Shown here: positions 30,166 to 40,345 of the stretch, piece after piece | Layout: the number at the start of each line of letters is the position of its first letter | How positions within the stretch are numbered: position 1 is the first letter of the stretch | Translations under genes and position numbers: made by a program | Notes under the pieces: generated by a model | Told to the model about the DNA's origin: nothing | Databases searched by the model: none | Seen by the model: only the letters and a program-made list of their open reading frames with translations | NCBI GenBank assembly: GCA_000146465.1 | Contig: CP001948.1 | DNA: 64,000 nt | Direction: 5' to 3' (one strand)

Positions 30166-30945
30166 TTAATGGTTTCTAGTGACCTTGTCAAATTGCTCAT
30201 CAAGACGCTCTTTGTCACTCAATAAGGTCTTATTTTGAAGAAAAACCCTTCTAATATCGCCATTGGAAATCTCAAGGTCATAATCTATAGCCGACAAAAC
30301 CAACTTCTCTATTTGAAAGATTTCTCTAGGATTCATCTCCTGGAGGAATCGGATACTAGGACTTGGACCATCAAAAATAAATTTCAATCCCATGAAGCAG
30401 CAAACAAAAAAAAACTTAATTAGCCTTTTACAATTACTAAATGCAATCCCAATCTTTTTGACATACTTCTCGAGATAAATATATCCCGAAATTAAAACCA
30501 AAGGCAGTTCTTGAGCAACCTTGAATATTGATTCTATTAACAGGATAGATCCCACGTTTCTATGGTCCAGAAATCGGAGTATTACAGAGTTGATAAGGCC
30601 GAAGTTGAATCTTATTCCTCTTTCTTGGCCGAAGATGGACACAAGAAATACGTCCATTGGAAAGCCAGCATATGATCTTAGGGATGCATTGGATCCAGGA
30701 GATGAAGCACTGTTGTAACCAGGTGTTTTTTTGTTTATTGCGCCATCCACCCCGCCACTTTTTTTTCTGATTCTACTGGTGGATTGTTTAAGCTCATTCC
30801 TGGAGTCCGCCTTATATGAAGGTATGACTGGCATCCACATATCTTCCGCTACTTTCCTTTCTATTCCAATGGTCCTTATGCATCTCTTTCTGAGCAAGGA
30901 ATACAGATGGCTTTTCCCCCTCATTACAAAACACTCTACCGGCAA
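30166..30945 (-). CDS. PHO85/PHO80-type cyclin-like protein
   Basis: Region VILRFLDHRNVGSILLIESIFKVAQE...LVLISGYIYLEKYVKK...RLIKFFFVCCFMGLKFIFDGP...EMNPREIFQIEKLVLSAIDYDLEI fits the PHO80-like cyclin box (I..FL.RI....LIA.IYLDR...RL.L...MLA.K...D...N..WA...G....ElN.LE..FL..ldf.L.I). The start is uncertain. Confidence 0.45.
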   Translation of the reverse strand: MPVECFVMRGKSHLYSLLRKRCIRTIGIERKVAEDMWMPVIPSYKADSRNELKQSTSRIRKKSGGVDGAINKKTPGYNSASSPGSNASLRSYAGFPMDVFLVSIFGQERGIRFNFGLINSVILRFLDHRNVGSILLIESIFKVAQELPLVLISGYIYLEKYVKKIGIAFSNCKRLIKFFFVCCFMGLKFIFDGPSPSIRFLQEMNPREIFQIEKLVLSAIDYDLEISNGDIRRVFLQNKTLLSDKERLDEQFDKVTRNH

Positions 30946-31137
30946 TCTTCCCTTTTATAATTGTTCAGAATTATTTTGTTTAATATATTCACTAATCATT
31001 AATTTATGATTATTTTTACTCTTTCCTCTATCCAATTGCTTGTGGGAGACTTTACAGACTCCTATTTATATTCTATCTTAATTAAATGCTATAAATAACC
31101 AAATTATAAAACTTCAAAATTAACATTGATTTAAAGC

Positions 31138-33378
31138 TTGATGTGTAGATTTAACTTATTAACCCCTGGATTTTGCCCTTCTGAAATGATCCTCGGACTC
31201 CTTGGAATAATCAATATATACCTTTTTCTTACTGGACTGTTCAGGACTGTAAACCTGCCTGCTGATTCCTCGATGGAGTCTCCCGGCTCTAAAGAATACA
31301 GTAAAATCGTGTATCTTCTGATCGATGGGCTTCGTTTTGACTCTTCCGTAAATACATCCAAAGAAGGACATATATTTAATAAGATGAAACATCTACGATC
31401 AATCAAAAGCAAATTCCACGCTCTGAGCGTCAGTGGAATCCCGACAGAGACAGGGTCTAGGGTCATAGGGCTTGTGACAGGAACACCCAGCAATTTCTTG
31501 ACCAGTGTTGGAAATCTCCAAGGATGCTCAATCCATTGGGACAACATGGTGAGGCAGCTTCTCCAGGATGGGAGGTCTTGTGCTTTTTTTGGAGACTGCC
31601 AATGGATTAAGTATTTTCCAGAACTCAAGAATGGGCCTTGCCATACAGTAGATCCATATGGAAGATACGAGTTAAGGAAACAAGAAAACGAGATAATAGA
31701 AAGAATCCTACAGAGTATAAACAACTACGATGTCATTATTGCACATCTGATAAATCTTGATTCCTACGGTCACATCCATGAGACTATATATCACAAAGAT
31801 ATGGAACATCAGTTGATGATATATGATAATCTCATAAATGATATATATGAGAAGATGTCAGAAGACACATTGTTTGTAATATGTAGCGATCATGGCGTAG
31901 ATGATAACGGAGCTCATGGAGGAGTCTCCACATTGGAGATGTCTTCTGTTGGAATTTTCATATCAAAAGACGGGAGATTCACTAATCTTTCTCCAGTTAA
32001 CGAAGAAATAGAAGAACTAAGGAAAAAGCACATCTTAAGAATGTACGACGACAATCCTCTTGAAATACAAGCCAAAGAGCCTTATCCGACTATTCATCAG
32101 GACGACATCCTCCCAACACTCTGCTATTTGATGGGTGTTCCAATTCCAAAGATGTCTTGTGGTAACTTCATACACGAGCTTGTACACGATGTAAATGCAT
32201 ATCAAACCTACTACAAGCAAAAATGCAGTGTGCTTGGAATTGAGCCACGAGAAGTTCCCAAAGAAACTAATGAATATGCCAAGCTGAACTATAAGTTAAG
32301 CGAGGAAATATCTCGGAAATTTGCAGGGAGAAATTATTTCAGGTTAATTATTTCTGCAATACTTTCTGTGGTAATAGCACTAGCCGTTATATTCAAGCTT
32401 TTCAGCTCGAAGTTCTACAAGTTCAACGACATTCTTCTGTTGTTTGTTTTCATAATGACTGCACATTCTGTACTATCCATAGTTCATGAGGATTTGTTCT
32501 GGGCTGTTACGTTCTTTATTTCGAATCCTTCGGCTAAGAATCTTCTTGGTGTGGTAATTCTTTTACAGATGGTAAGACCTCCATCAAATGCAGATCCTTT
32601 TTATGTCCTGGTTATGGAGAGACTCAAGCTTTCTCCGATATTCAATGGAAATCTTCTCTTTATCCTTGAGTTGTGCTTGTTTGGAATCCTCAACAGCACA
32701 GCACACTTTGAGCTAGCTCCCCGGTTTTTCTCTAGCAGTATTTTCGAGATTTTCAATAGTCATCCGCATATCTTTATTTCTCTCCTCAGATATCTGTTTG
32801 GAAGTGGATTGGATTCTGCATCATGGAGACTCAGCTTATTTCTATCATCCCCCAGCATTGATACCTTAATAGCCCTGGTATTCAGGCCGATGGAGTCCAT
32901 ATATCTTATCTATATCATCAGAAATTTAGATATTGAAAACAGCGTTACCGCTTACTTCTCGCTTACGAATATGGCCTTCTTCTCATCAGGACTACAGAAA
33001 TTGTTTCAATCTATTAACTACAGTGTATTCTTCACGTTTTCAGGTAACTTCCTTACTTTGCCTGTCGCCTTGATTGCCATACTATACTTTGTGTGTCCAA
33101 GACTCCGGGCCATACAGTTGTTTATGTCCCATCGAGATAAGACAGGCTCTTCAAAAGGGAAGAAAAGACATCTAAGAGATTTTCAGTCCTCCGTAAAGGA
33201 AATATTCATGTTTCATAGCCTCAATTTATTACTAGTGATGTGGTCAGGATATACCATTTGTGAGTCGCTTTCATTCTACAAATTCCTTGGAATTCGTGCA
33301 TTCTTTGAGTATATCTACTATTTTATAGATATCGCTTTGTTCTCCGTTCTTGGAATAATTAAAAGAAGGCTTAATTGA
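31138..33378 (+). CDS. GPI ethanolamine-phosphate transferase (PIG-O/GPI13 or PIG-N/MCD4 family), multi-pass C-terminal membrane domain
   Basis: An N-terminal TM helix is followed by the alkaline-phosphatase-like catalytic domain: YLLIDGLRFD, and HLINLDSYGHIHE...LFVICSDHGVDDNGAHGG matching HflGvDhaGH...TllvvmGDHGMtd.GdHGG. The C-terminal half is strongly hydrophobic. Confidence 0.65.
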   Translation: MMCRFNLLTPGFCPSEMILGLLGIINIYLFLTGLFRTVNLPADSSMESPGSKEYSKIVYLLIDGLRFDSSVNTSKEGHIFNKMKHLRSIKSKFHALSVSGIPTETGSRVIGLVTGTPSNFLTSVGNLQGCSIHWDNMVRQLLQDGRSCAFFGDCQWIKYFPELKNGPCHTVDPYGRYELRKQENEIIERILQSINNYDVIIAHLINLDSYGHIHETIYHKDMEHQLMIYDNLINDIYEKMSEDTLFVICSDHGVDDNGAHGGVSTLEMSSVGIFISKDGRFTNLSPVNEEIEELRKKHILRMYDDNPLEIQAKEPYPTIHQDDILPTLCYLMGVPIPKMSCGNFIHELVHDVNAYQTYYKQKCSVLGIEPREVPKETNEYAKLNYKLSEEISRKFAGRNYFRLIISAILSVVIALAVIFKLFSSKFYKFNDILLLFVFIMTAHSVLSIVHEDLFWAVTFFISNPSAKNLLGVVILLQMVRPPSNADPFYVLVMERLKLSPIFNGNLLFILELCLFGILNSTAHFELAPRFFSSSIFEIFNSHPHIFISLLRYLFGSGLDSASWRLSLFLSSPSIDTLIALVFRPMESIYLIYIIRNLDIENSVTAYFSLTNMAFFSSGLQKLFQSINYSVFFTFSGNFLTLPVALIAILYFVCPRLRAIQLFMSHRDKTGSSKGKKRHLRDFQSSVKEIFMFHSLNLLLVMWSGYTICESLSFYKFLGIRAFFEYIYYFIDIALFSVLGIIKRRLN

Positions 33379-33396
33379 TGTAATCCCATCCAAAGT

Positions 33397-34509
33397 CTAT
33401 TTCTTTCTTCTAAAAAGAGCTATGAAGAACCCGGTGGCTCCATTGTCGTCTCTCCTGCATCTTATTACATTCCGACTAAATGGAAACTCTGAAGGACAGC
33501 TAGGGCCCCAGAACATGCTTATATCTTCTAGCTCATATTCAGAATCCTTTAGGATTTCTTCCACCACTTCCTCTCCTTCTTCTTTGTGGTTGGAACATAC
33601 AGAGTACATAAGCTTTTCAGGCTTGAATTTTAAAGCATGCTTAACAATGCCCACTTGAAATGATTTAAGGCCTTCTATTCGCTCCTTGTCCATTTTATAC
33701 CCAAAATGCATTCCAGATCCTGAACAACTTGGATCACATAGAATATATCGGATGTCTTTGAAATCTTCCGGATTGGTCTTCATAAAGTCCTCTTCTATAA
33801 CATCCGTATTGTTTACTCCTAATCTTTCTAATCGGATTTTAAGTGTCTTTGCCCTAGCTTTATCTCTCTCAAAAGCGTATATCTTACCTGTATTCTTCAT
33901 GATCATTGCCAACTGCGATGTTTTGTTTCCGGGTGCAGAGCATGTATCTATAACTCTGGATCCTTCATCGGGATTAAGTATGTGTGCAGGAAGGCAAGAC
34001 GAAATATTTTGGATCAAAAACTTACCATTCTTATATTCCTCAGAGAAAACAATATCTTTAGAGTCCAGGATTTTATACACTCCATCAATACATGTCTTTT
34101 CGTGTTTTAGAAAATCTATGTCCTTCTCTGTACCATTCTTTAATGGATTGATCCTTATAAACACAGATGGCTTCGTCAACTTTAGCTTTCTTCCATCGAG
34201 AGCTTTTTTAAACTTCTTGTACATCCTGGTATTTTTCAATCGCCTGTCTAATATCTCGAAACATTTCACCACTCCTAATTCCTGATCTTCTTCCATGTAC
34301 TTACATTTCTTTATCACCTCAAGCAACAAGTCATAATTCTCAACCACCATATGCACCAGTCTGTGGTACATCTTCGGGTCCTTTGTCTTATAAACTTCAC
34401 TCTTAATCGTCGATCGGCCTTCTAGTACGTTTCTTACCATTTCAACACATTTTTCATCGAACTTCGACTTGCTATTTTCTTTCTTTTCCATCCCTAGGAT
34501 CCAATCCAA
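33397..34509 (-). CDS. NOL1/NOP2/Sun-family RNA (cytosine-5) methyltransferase (NSUN5/Rcm1-like by size)
   Basis: SAM-binding motif VIDTCSAPGNKTSQLA (D.CAAPGGKT) is present. The catalytic region ILCDPSCSGSGM contains the conserved DxPCSG motif. Confidence 0.7.
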   Translation of the reverse strand: MDWILGMEKKENSKSKFDEKCVEMVRNVLEGRSTIKSEVYKTKDPKMYHRLVHMVVENYDLLLEVIKKCKYMEEDQELGVVKCFEILDRRLKNTRMYKKFKKALDGRKLKLTKPSVFIRINPLKNGTEKDIDFLKHEKTCIDGVYKILDSKDIVFSEEYKNGKFLIQNISSCLPAHILNPDEGSRVIDTCSAPGNKTSQLAMIMKNTGKIYAFERDKARAKTLKIRLERLGVNNTDVIEEDFMKTNPEDFKDIRYILCDPSCSGSGMHFGYKMDKERIEGLKSFQVGIVKHALKFKPEKLMYSVCSNHKEEGEEVVEEILKDSEYELEDISMFWGPSCPSEFPFSRNVIRCRRDDNGATGFFIALFRRKK

Positions 34510-34586
34510 AAATAATTAAGACCTAAGAGAAATTATTTATTTAATCCTGATGTCATAACTCTAGTGTACATCCACTACGGTTCTTT

Positions 34587-35522
<936 letters not shown>

Positions 35523-35631
35523 TTATTTTGGCCATCATCTCGAAAACTCTAGAAACCAACAGATTTTCCAGAAAGGAAAGGAGAAATTACTATGATACAA
35601 CCAGGACAGCTTAAGAATTTAATGTTTGGAG

Positions 35632-36675
35632 TTACAAAATCTGCTTGCAAGCAGAAATAGTTTCGGAATTCTCACAAGGGAAACTTTCCACATGACATTT
35701 CCGCGCGCGAATTCTTCTTCCTCCAAAAAAACGTCCATTAAGAATGTTAAAAGCGTGCCTGGCTTCATCTTCCGTGGAATAAAGGCAGTATACGGCAACT
35801 TCCTCTTTCTTATGTACTCCAAATTCTACAACATCTCCATACTTTTTCATCTCATTCTCCATTTCTTGATCAAAATCGTCATCTGCATCATTTATGTCTA
35901 TCAGGTTTCTCAAAACAACCATTTTTCCTTTGCCAAATATAGCACTTTCAATTCTCTTCTTTATCTCAAACACCTCCTTGGGAATTGCAAAGTAGTTTTT
36001 TTCTGGTAGCTCCATTTTGGTCACACAAGGCCCTATTCTTATTCTTTTTCCATAGAGAATAATCTTGTTACTGTATCCCAAAGCTCTTTTTGCATCGATC
36101 CGTCTCAGAAACTCCACATATCCATATCCTTTGTGAATAAATGAAGATCCATAGGCAAGTCTTACTTCCTTAATTTCCCCCATCTTTCCAAAGATATCTT
36201 CTAGTTGTTCCTCTTCAATATCCAGGTCTATGTTTGATATATAAACAATGACTTCATTTGGAGGCCCAAGTTCCTTTGGGATCTCCGATGGAAACGTAGA
36301 GGTTCTTCCGGCCTTTAGGGTTTTCCCATTAAAGCTTACTCCATTGATCTCCGCTATGCACAAATAAGCTGCATGTGGATTGTCGAAGTCTGCAAACACA
36401 CATTCCTTGTTTCCTATGCATGTCACAGATACTGGCCCAAAAACGCTGAGAAGATCCTGGATAGAGCTTCTGGATCCTGTAAAATTTCCTATGTACACTT
36501 TGTTAAGGAGTCTACTGTCGAACTTTGAAGCCTTGATGCCCTCGTTTGGGATAACCCATCTATTGTATTCTACTACACTTCTGTATGCTGTGTCCAGTTT
36601 CCCAAGCTCGTTCTTTTTGGTATTGGATACTTCTTCTATGTCTTGGAGGAGCTTCTCGTCCTTTACAATTATCAT
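35632..36675 (-). CDS. three-RRM splicing factor with C-terminal UHM (U2AF large subunit / PUF60-like)
   Basis: RRM blocks are KVYIGNF..., VIVYISNIDLD...HKGYGYVEF and a C-terminal UHM-type RRM MVVLRNLIDINDADDDFDQEMENEMKKYGDVVEF...ILNGRFFGGRRIRA (acidic helix plus the R-F-F-G-G-R motif). The start is set at the Met that avoids overlap with the divergent gene at 36703; the ORF runs to 36933. Confidence 0.5.
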   Translation of the reverse strand: MIIVKDEKLLQDIEEVSNTKKNELGKLDTAYRSVVEYNRWVIPNEGIKASKFDSRLLNKVYIGNFTGSRSSIQDLLSVFGPVSVTCIGNKECVFADFDNPHAAYLCIAEINGVSFNGKTLKAGRTSTFPSEIPKELGPPNEVIVYISNIDLDIEEEQLEDIFGKMGEIKEVRLAYGSSFIHKGYGYVEFLRRIDAKRALGYSNKIILYGKRIRIGPCVTKMELPEKNYFAIPKEVFEIKKRIESAIFGKGKMVVLRNLIDINDADDDFDQEMENEMKKYGDVVEFGVHKKEEVAVYCLYSTEDEARHAFNILNGRFFGGRRIRARKCHVESFPCENSETISACKQIL

Positions 36676-36702
36676 TCTGGGCCTGAGGCCGTATAGCTTT
36701 CT

Positions 36703-39066
36703 ATGAAAATGAATAAATTCAAGTTCCAACTCCTTGGCATAATGCTGAGCAACCATCAAGAAGAGTTCCTTGAGAAAATTAGATTTAAAGGCAAGGGAAA
36801 TCCTCGTCGAGCTACATGGATAAAAAGAGGAACAGAGGCAATAAAAGCGATTAACAGCATACTCAGAGCACCTACACATGACTTGGCCCTCTTTGGGTTG
36901 GAAATAGTCAAATGTCTGTATATGTACGAACATATCCTTGGGATTCCAAGATACTCATTAGACAAGGCTCTTGTAAGCCTCTGCAGTAAAGTGTTTTTAG
37001 AAGAGATTTATAATGAAATTGAAAGAAGGATCCAGTTACATCTTGAAAAGATGCTCAATAAGGAAATACACTCAATCGACGAGTGCATGAGTTACCTAAG
37101 TAGTCACAGGTCCTCACTGGATGAAATAATTGTTGGGTATCTCATGATAAGATACAGGGTGTATAAGGAATATAAAAAAGAGACATATTGCATTGTTGAA
37201 AGAGTTGATTCAAAGCTAAAAGTTAAGGCAAGGAAGGCATTCGGCTTTTTAGTTGATGGATGTAGAACTTGCTTTTTAGAGTCTAAGGTTAAAGAGCTTC
37301 TAGCTCAAAGAATACACACAGAATTTATAATTGCAAAGAGAGAAGAGATCTCCCATGACCTTACCAAAGATGAGATAGAGTACATAAGAGAAAACTATCC
37401 CCTTGTATCTTGCTTTTACAATATTCCAGAAGATATAGGTGTGCCCTATCTACGCTTAAGAAAGAGCTTTGACGTCAGATACTTTGTAGATGTTTTTTGC
37501 TGGAATGGATTTGTTGAAAGCATCGAGACCTTCTACGGAGCACACGAGGAAAAGCTCCTCGACACAGCTTTTTTAAGGGGTCTGTGCTTCCAGATGTGCA
37601 TAGATAGAAAGTACAATCTGAACTTGATGGAGAAGTTTATAGATAGATCTACATCTTTTGAGAAAGCATTTATGGAAGGCTATAGAAAAGTGGTGTTCCA
37701 GGAATACAAAACTGCCAAGGAAAGATTCAGAATGGTTCTAGAAATTATCAGGGACTTAAGACTAGGCATTGTTCCGGAGATTCAACTCTGGGTGTACGAT
37801 CTTCTTTCCATGTGCCACATGTTTTGTGGGGAATACTTCGAAAGTGTGTTCTATCTGAACAAGGGAATTGAACTGTCTCACAGGTATCAGCTAGGATTCG
37901 TTTCTTTGCATTTTCTCAATTGCAAATTCATAGTGGAGAGAATAGGAGGCATACAAGGGCCCTTCCCAAAAATTAGACTGGACCTGGAAGAAACAATCAA
38001 CTCTCGGTTTGTTATTGAAAGCGAGCAGAAAGCGATAAATAACAGGATTCTTACAAACCTTCTGCTCAAAGATGACATGAGTAATCTCAGAGAAATGAGA
38101 ACTCTCGAAATATTTGCAATGTTCAAGCCTTCCACTCTTTATAAAGACATAGAAAGAACACTAAGCCGTTTAAAAAAGTTCACGGTTGTATCTCTATATT
38201 CGATAGATGGATGCCTGTTTATCAATGACTTTAGAGGATTTGTAAAGGTAGATAGGGGGTTTGGAGACACTAAGGTAAAGATGAATGAGATATTGGCCAA
38301 ATCCAGAAACGTTCTCAAGGGAAATGTAACTAGCGACCTAGACAAGGCAAGATGGTGGATGGAAAGAATGGAACTGGACACACAATTGGGAGAAATCCTC
38401 CGCAGCGTAGGAGATAAGTTTGATAGGCTCTCAATTGGAAAGGATGTAATTCTGGTTTTGGATGAAACCACAACAGAGTTTCCATTTGAATCAATCCCTG
38501 CTTTTAAGGGTAAAAGTGTGTACAGAGTTCCCTCTCTAGAATACTTAGAGGATGTTCCTGGACTTGAGATAGATAGGAAGTCATTTTTCTACCTTTTGGA
38601 TCCGGAAAACAACCTCTTCAAGACTCGGGAAAGAATATCCGGCTTTCTTAGATCTTCGGGAATAAAAAATGGAATCACAGGAAGGCCTCCTTCAGACCTA
38701 GAATGCAAAGAAGCCGATGGTTACGACGTACTGCTTTATTTTGGACACGGAAGCGGACTTAAATATCTGAAGGTTTCTGGAGAGGGGAAGATTATGTTTT
38801 TATTTGGATGTAACAGTGCCAAGCTTTTGTGTGTAGAGAATTATAAGAGAAATGGGTCCATTCTAAAACATCTTAGGAGGAATTCAATGATAGTCGGATG
38901 TCTCTGGGAAGTCACCGATAAAGACATCGACAATTTTAGTGTCAAGGTTATTGAGAGCCTGATAAACGGGTCTACTAATATTGGCGAGGTAGTTTCTAGG
39001 TTTCGTGATGAATTTAAGCTGAGGTATCTGAACGGTGCCTCTGTAGTTATTTATGGCTTTCGCTAA
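36703..39066 (+). CDS. separase (peptidase C50), strongly shortened (787 aa)
   Basis: C-terminal catalytic domain DVLLYFGHGSGLKYL (catalytic His in GHG), FLFGCNSAKL (catalytic Cys) and MIVGCLWEVTDKDIDNFS match the separase C50 signature (vLlYfGHGsG / LfGCsS / lvGnLWdVTDkDiDrF). Confidence 0.6.
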   Translation: MKMNKFKFQLLGIMLSNHQEEFLEKIRFKGKGNPRRATWIKRGTEAIKAINSILRAPTHDLALFGLEIVKCLYMYEHILGIPRYSLDKALVSLCSKVFLEEIYNEIERRIQLHLEKMLNKEIHSIDECMSYLSSHRSSLDEIIVGYLMIRYRVYKEYKKETYCIVERVDSKLKVKARKAFGFLVDGCRTCFLESKVKELLAQRIHTEFIIAKREEISHDLTKDEIEYIRENYPLVSCFYNIPEDIGVPYLRLRKSFDVRYFVDVFCWNGFVESIETFYGAHEEKLLDTAFLRGLCFQMCIDRKYNLNLMEKFIDRSTSFEKAFMEGYRKVVFQEYKTAKERFRMVLEIIRDLRLGIVPEIQLWVYDLLSMCHMFCGEYFESVFYLNKGIELSHRYQLGFVSLHFLNCKFIVERIGGIQGPFPKIRLDLEETINSRFVIESEQKAINNRILTNLLLKDDMSNLREMRTLEIFAMFKPSTLYKDIERTLSRLKKFTVVSLYSIDGCLFINDFRGFVKVDRGFGDTKVKMNEILAKSRNVLKGNVTSDLDKARWWMERMELDTQLGEILRSVGDKFDRLSIGKDVILVLDETTTEFPFESIPAFKGKSVYRVPSLEYLEDVPGLEIDRKSFFYLLDPENNLFKTRERISGFLRSSGIKNGITGRPPSDLECKEADGYDVLLYFGHGSGLKYLKVSGEGKIMFLFGCNSAKLLCVENYKRNGSILKHLRRNSMIVGCLWEVTDKDIDNFSVKVIESLINGSTNIGEVVSRFRDEFKLRYLNGASVVIYGFR

Positions 39067-39442
39067 AGCTCAAACCCTCAAGGAAGCTATTAATTCTTGC
39101 AGTAAAGAACCCAAGATGTCTTGGTATCATATTCAGGACAAAAGGCTTAAGCTGGCGATTAAGGCCAAGCCAAATGCTAGATGCACTCAAGTAAGAGAAA
39201 TAACAGATACGGAGATTGTTGTAAATGTAAGGTGATCAAATTAATTTTAGGTAAATGCACCACCGACAGATAATAAAGCTAATAAGGAGCTGGTAGAGTT
39301 TGTTGGTAAGATGCTTAAAGTCCCGAAGTCTTCGGTTAAGGTAGTGGTAGGTGCTAGTAGTACCAATAAAACTATTGTGGTGAGCGCTTGGGAAGGAGAT
39401 GAAGAGAATCTGAAAGCAGCTGTGAATAAAATGCTAGAGTAG
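39053..39442 (+). CDS. DUF167 / YggU (UPF0235) family protein, encoded in two exons: join(39053..39226, 39251..39442); an alternative Met start is at 39116
   Basis: Exon 1 ends ...LKLAIKAKPNARCTQVREITDTEIVVNV. Exon 2 begins VNAPPTDNKANKELVEFVGKMLKVPKSSVKVVVGASSTNKTIVVS. Together they align with E. coli YggU ([72 protein letters not shown]). Without splicing, the ORF stops at 39235 before the APPxDGxAN core. Confidence 0.6.
39227..39250 (+). other. spliceosomal intron, 24 nt (gtaaggtgatcaaattaattttag), GT-AG, phase 0
   Basis: The 5' site GTAAGG follows codon AAT. TTAAT lies 5 nt upstream of the terminal TTTTAG. Removal keeps the frame and restores the family's conserved motif. Confidence 0.6.
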
Positions 39443-39484
39443 AGATCTGCCATGAATCCATATGGTACTTTAATTTGGATAAAA

Positions 39485-40303
39485 TCAATCGTCTGGCCTT
39501 CCATGATGCTTTACAATAAATGGATGATTTAAAGCTTCGGCAAGCCTCATTCTGTCACTGGGATTTAACATAAGAAGCTTAGAGATAAAGTCCGAGGCAT
39601 TGGAGCTGATTGTTTCTGGAATCGAGTATTTCAATGAGTTGATTTTCTTGTAAGCCTCTCTCATGTTCCTGTTCTTGCTTTCAAATGGTGTTTTCCCTAT
39701 GAGGAACTCGTATGTTAAGATTCCCAAGCACCACAAGTCTATTCCAGAGTCGTGTATGCTGTTGTTGACCATTTCTGGCGCAAGATACTCCATTGTACCG
39801 CAGAAGGTCATTCTCCTCTTATCGGCATTGTAGACCGCCCATCCAAAGTCTCCTATCTTGAGGAGGTTATCCGATCCAAGAAGTAAGTTCTCTGGCTTTA
39901 TGTCTCTGTGTATCACATTGCATTCCTTCATGTACATCAGAGCCAGTATCACCTGTCTTATGTATAGGGAGGCCTCTTTCTCTCCAAACTTGCCTCCCTT
40001 CTCGCTCAGGAACTTGAAGAACTCCCCCTTTCCTGCATACTCTAATATCAGGTATATGTTATCCTTGTCGTGGAAGTGTCCATACATCCTAAGGATGTTC
40101 GGATGCTTCAGATTGGAATGTATTTCTATTTCTCTCCGGATTTGCCTTGCTGTCTCAGCCGTTTGGATCTCCTTAATTGGAATGATTTTCAAAGCAACTA
40201 TAAACCCTTTTTCTTTCTCTCTTGCAAGCCACACCTGCCCGAACTTTCCACGCCCAAGTAACCTTCCTATTTCAAACTTATCCAGAGTCCAATATTCTAC
40301 CAT
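39485..40303 (-). CDS. Aurora-family Ser/Thr protein kinase (Ipl1/Aurora orthologue)
   Basis: Colinear with Aurora kinases: [66 protein letters not shown] and LIGKTPFE (Aurora: [21 protein letters not shown]...[26 protein letters not shown]). Confidence 0.85.
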   Translation of the reverse strand: [272 protein letters not shown]

Positions 40304-40345
40304 CCCAGGGTCTTCAAGGGAAATATTTATAAGAACTTGCGTTTG

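Noticed and set aside
31131-31724. 197-aa minus-strand ORF overlapping the start of the GPI transferase gene
   Set aside because: The plus-strand reading carries conserved catalytic motifs (LIDGLRFD, DHGxxxxGxHGG). The minus-strand ORF has none.
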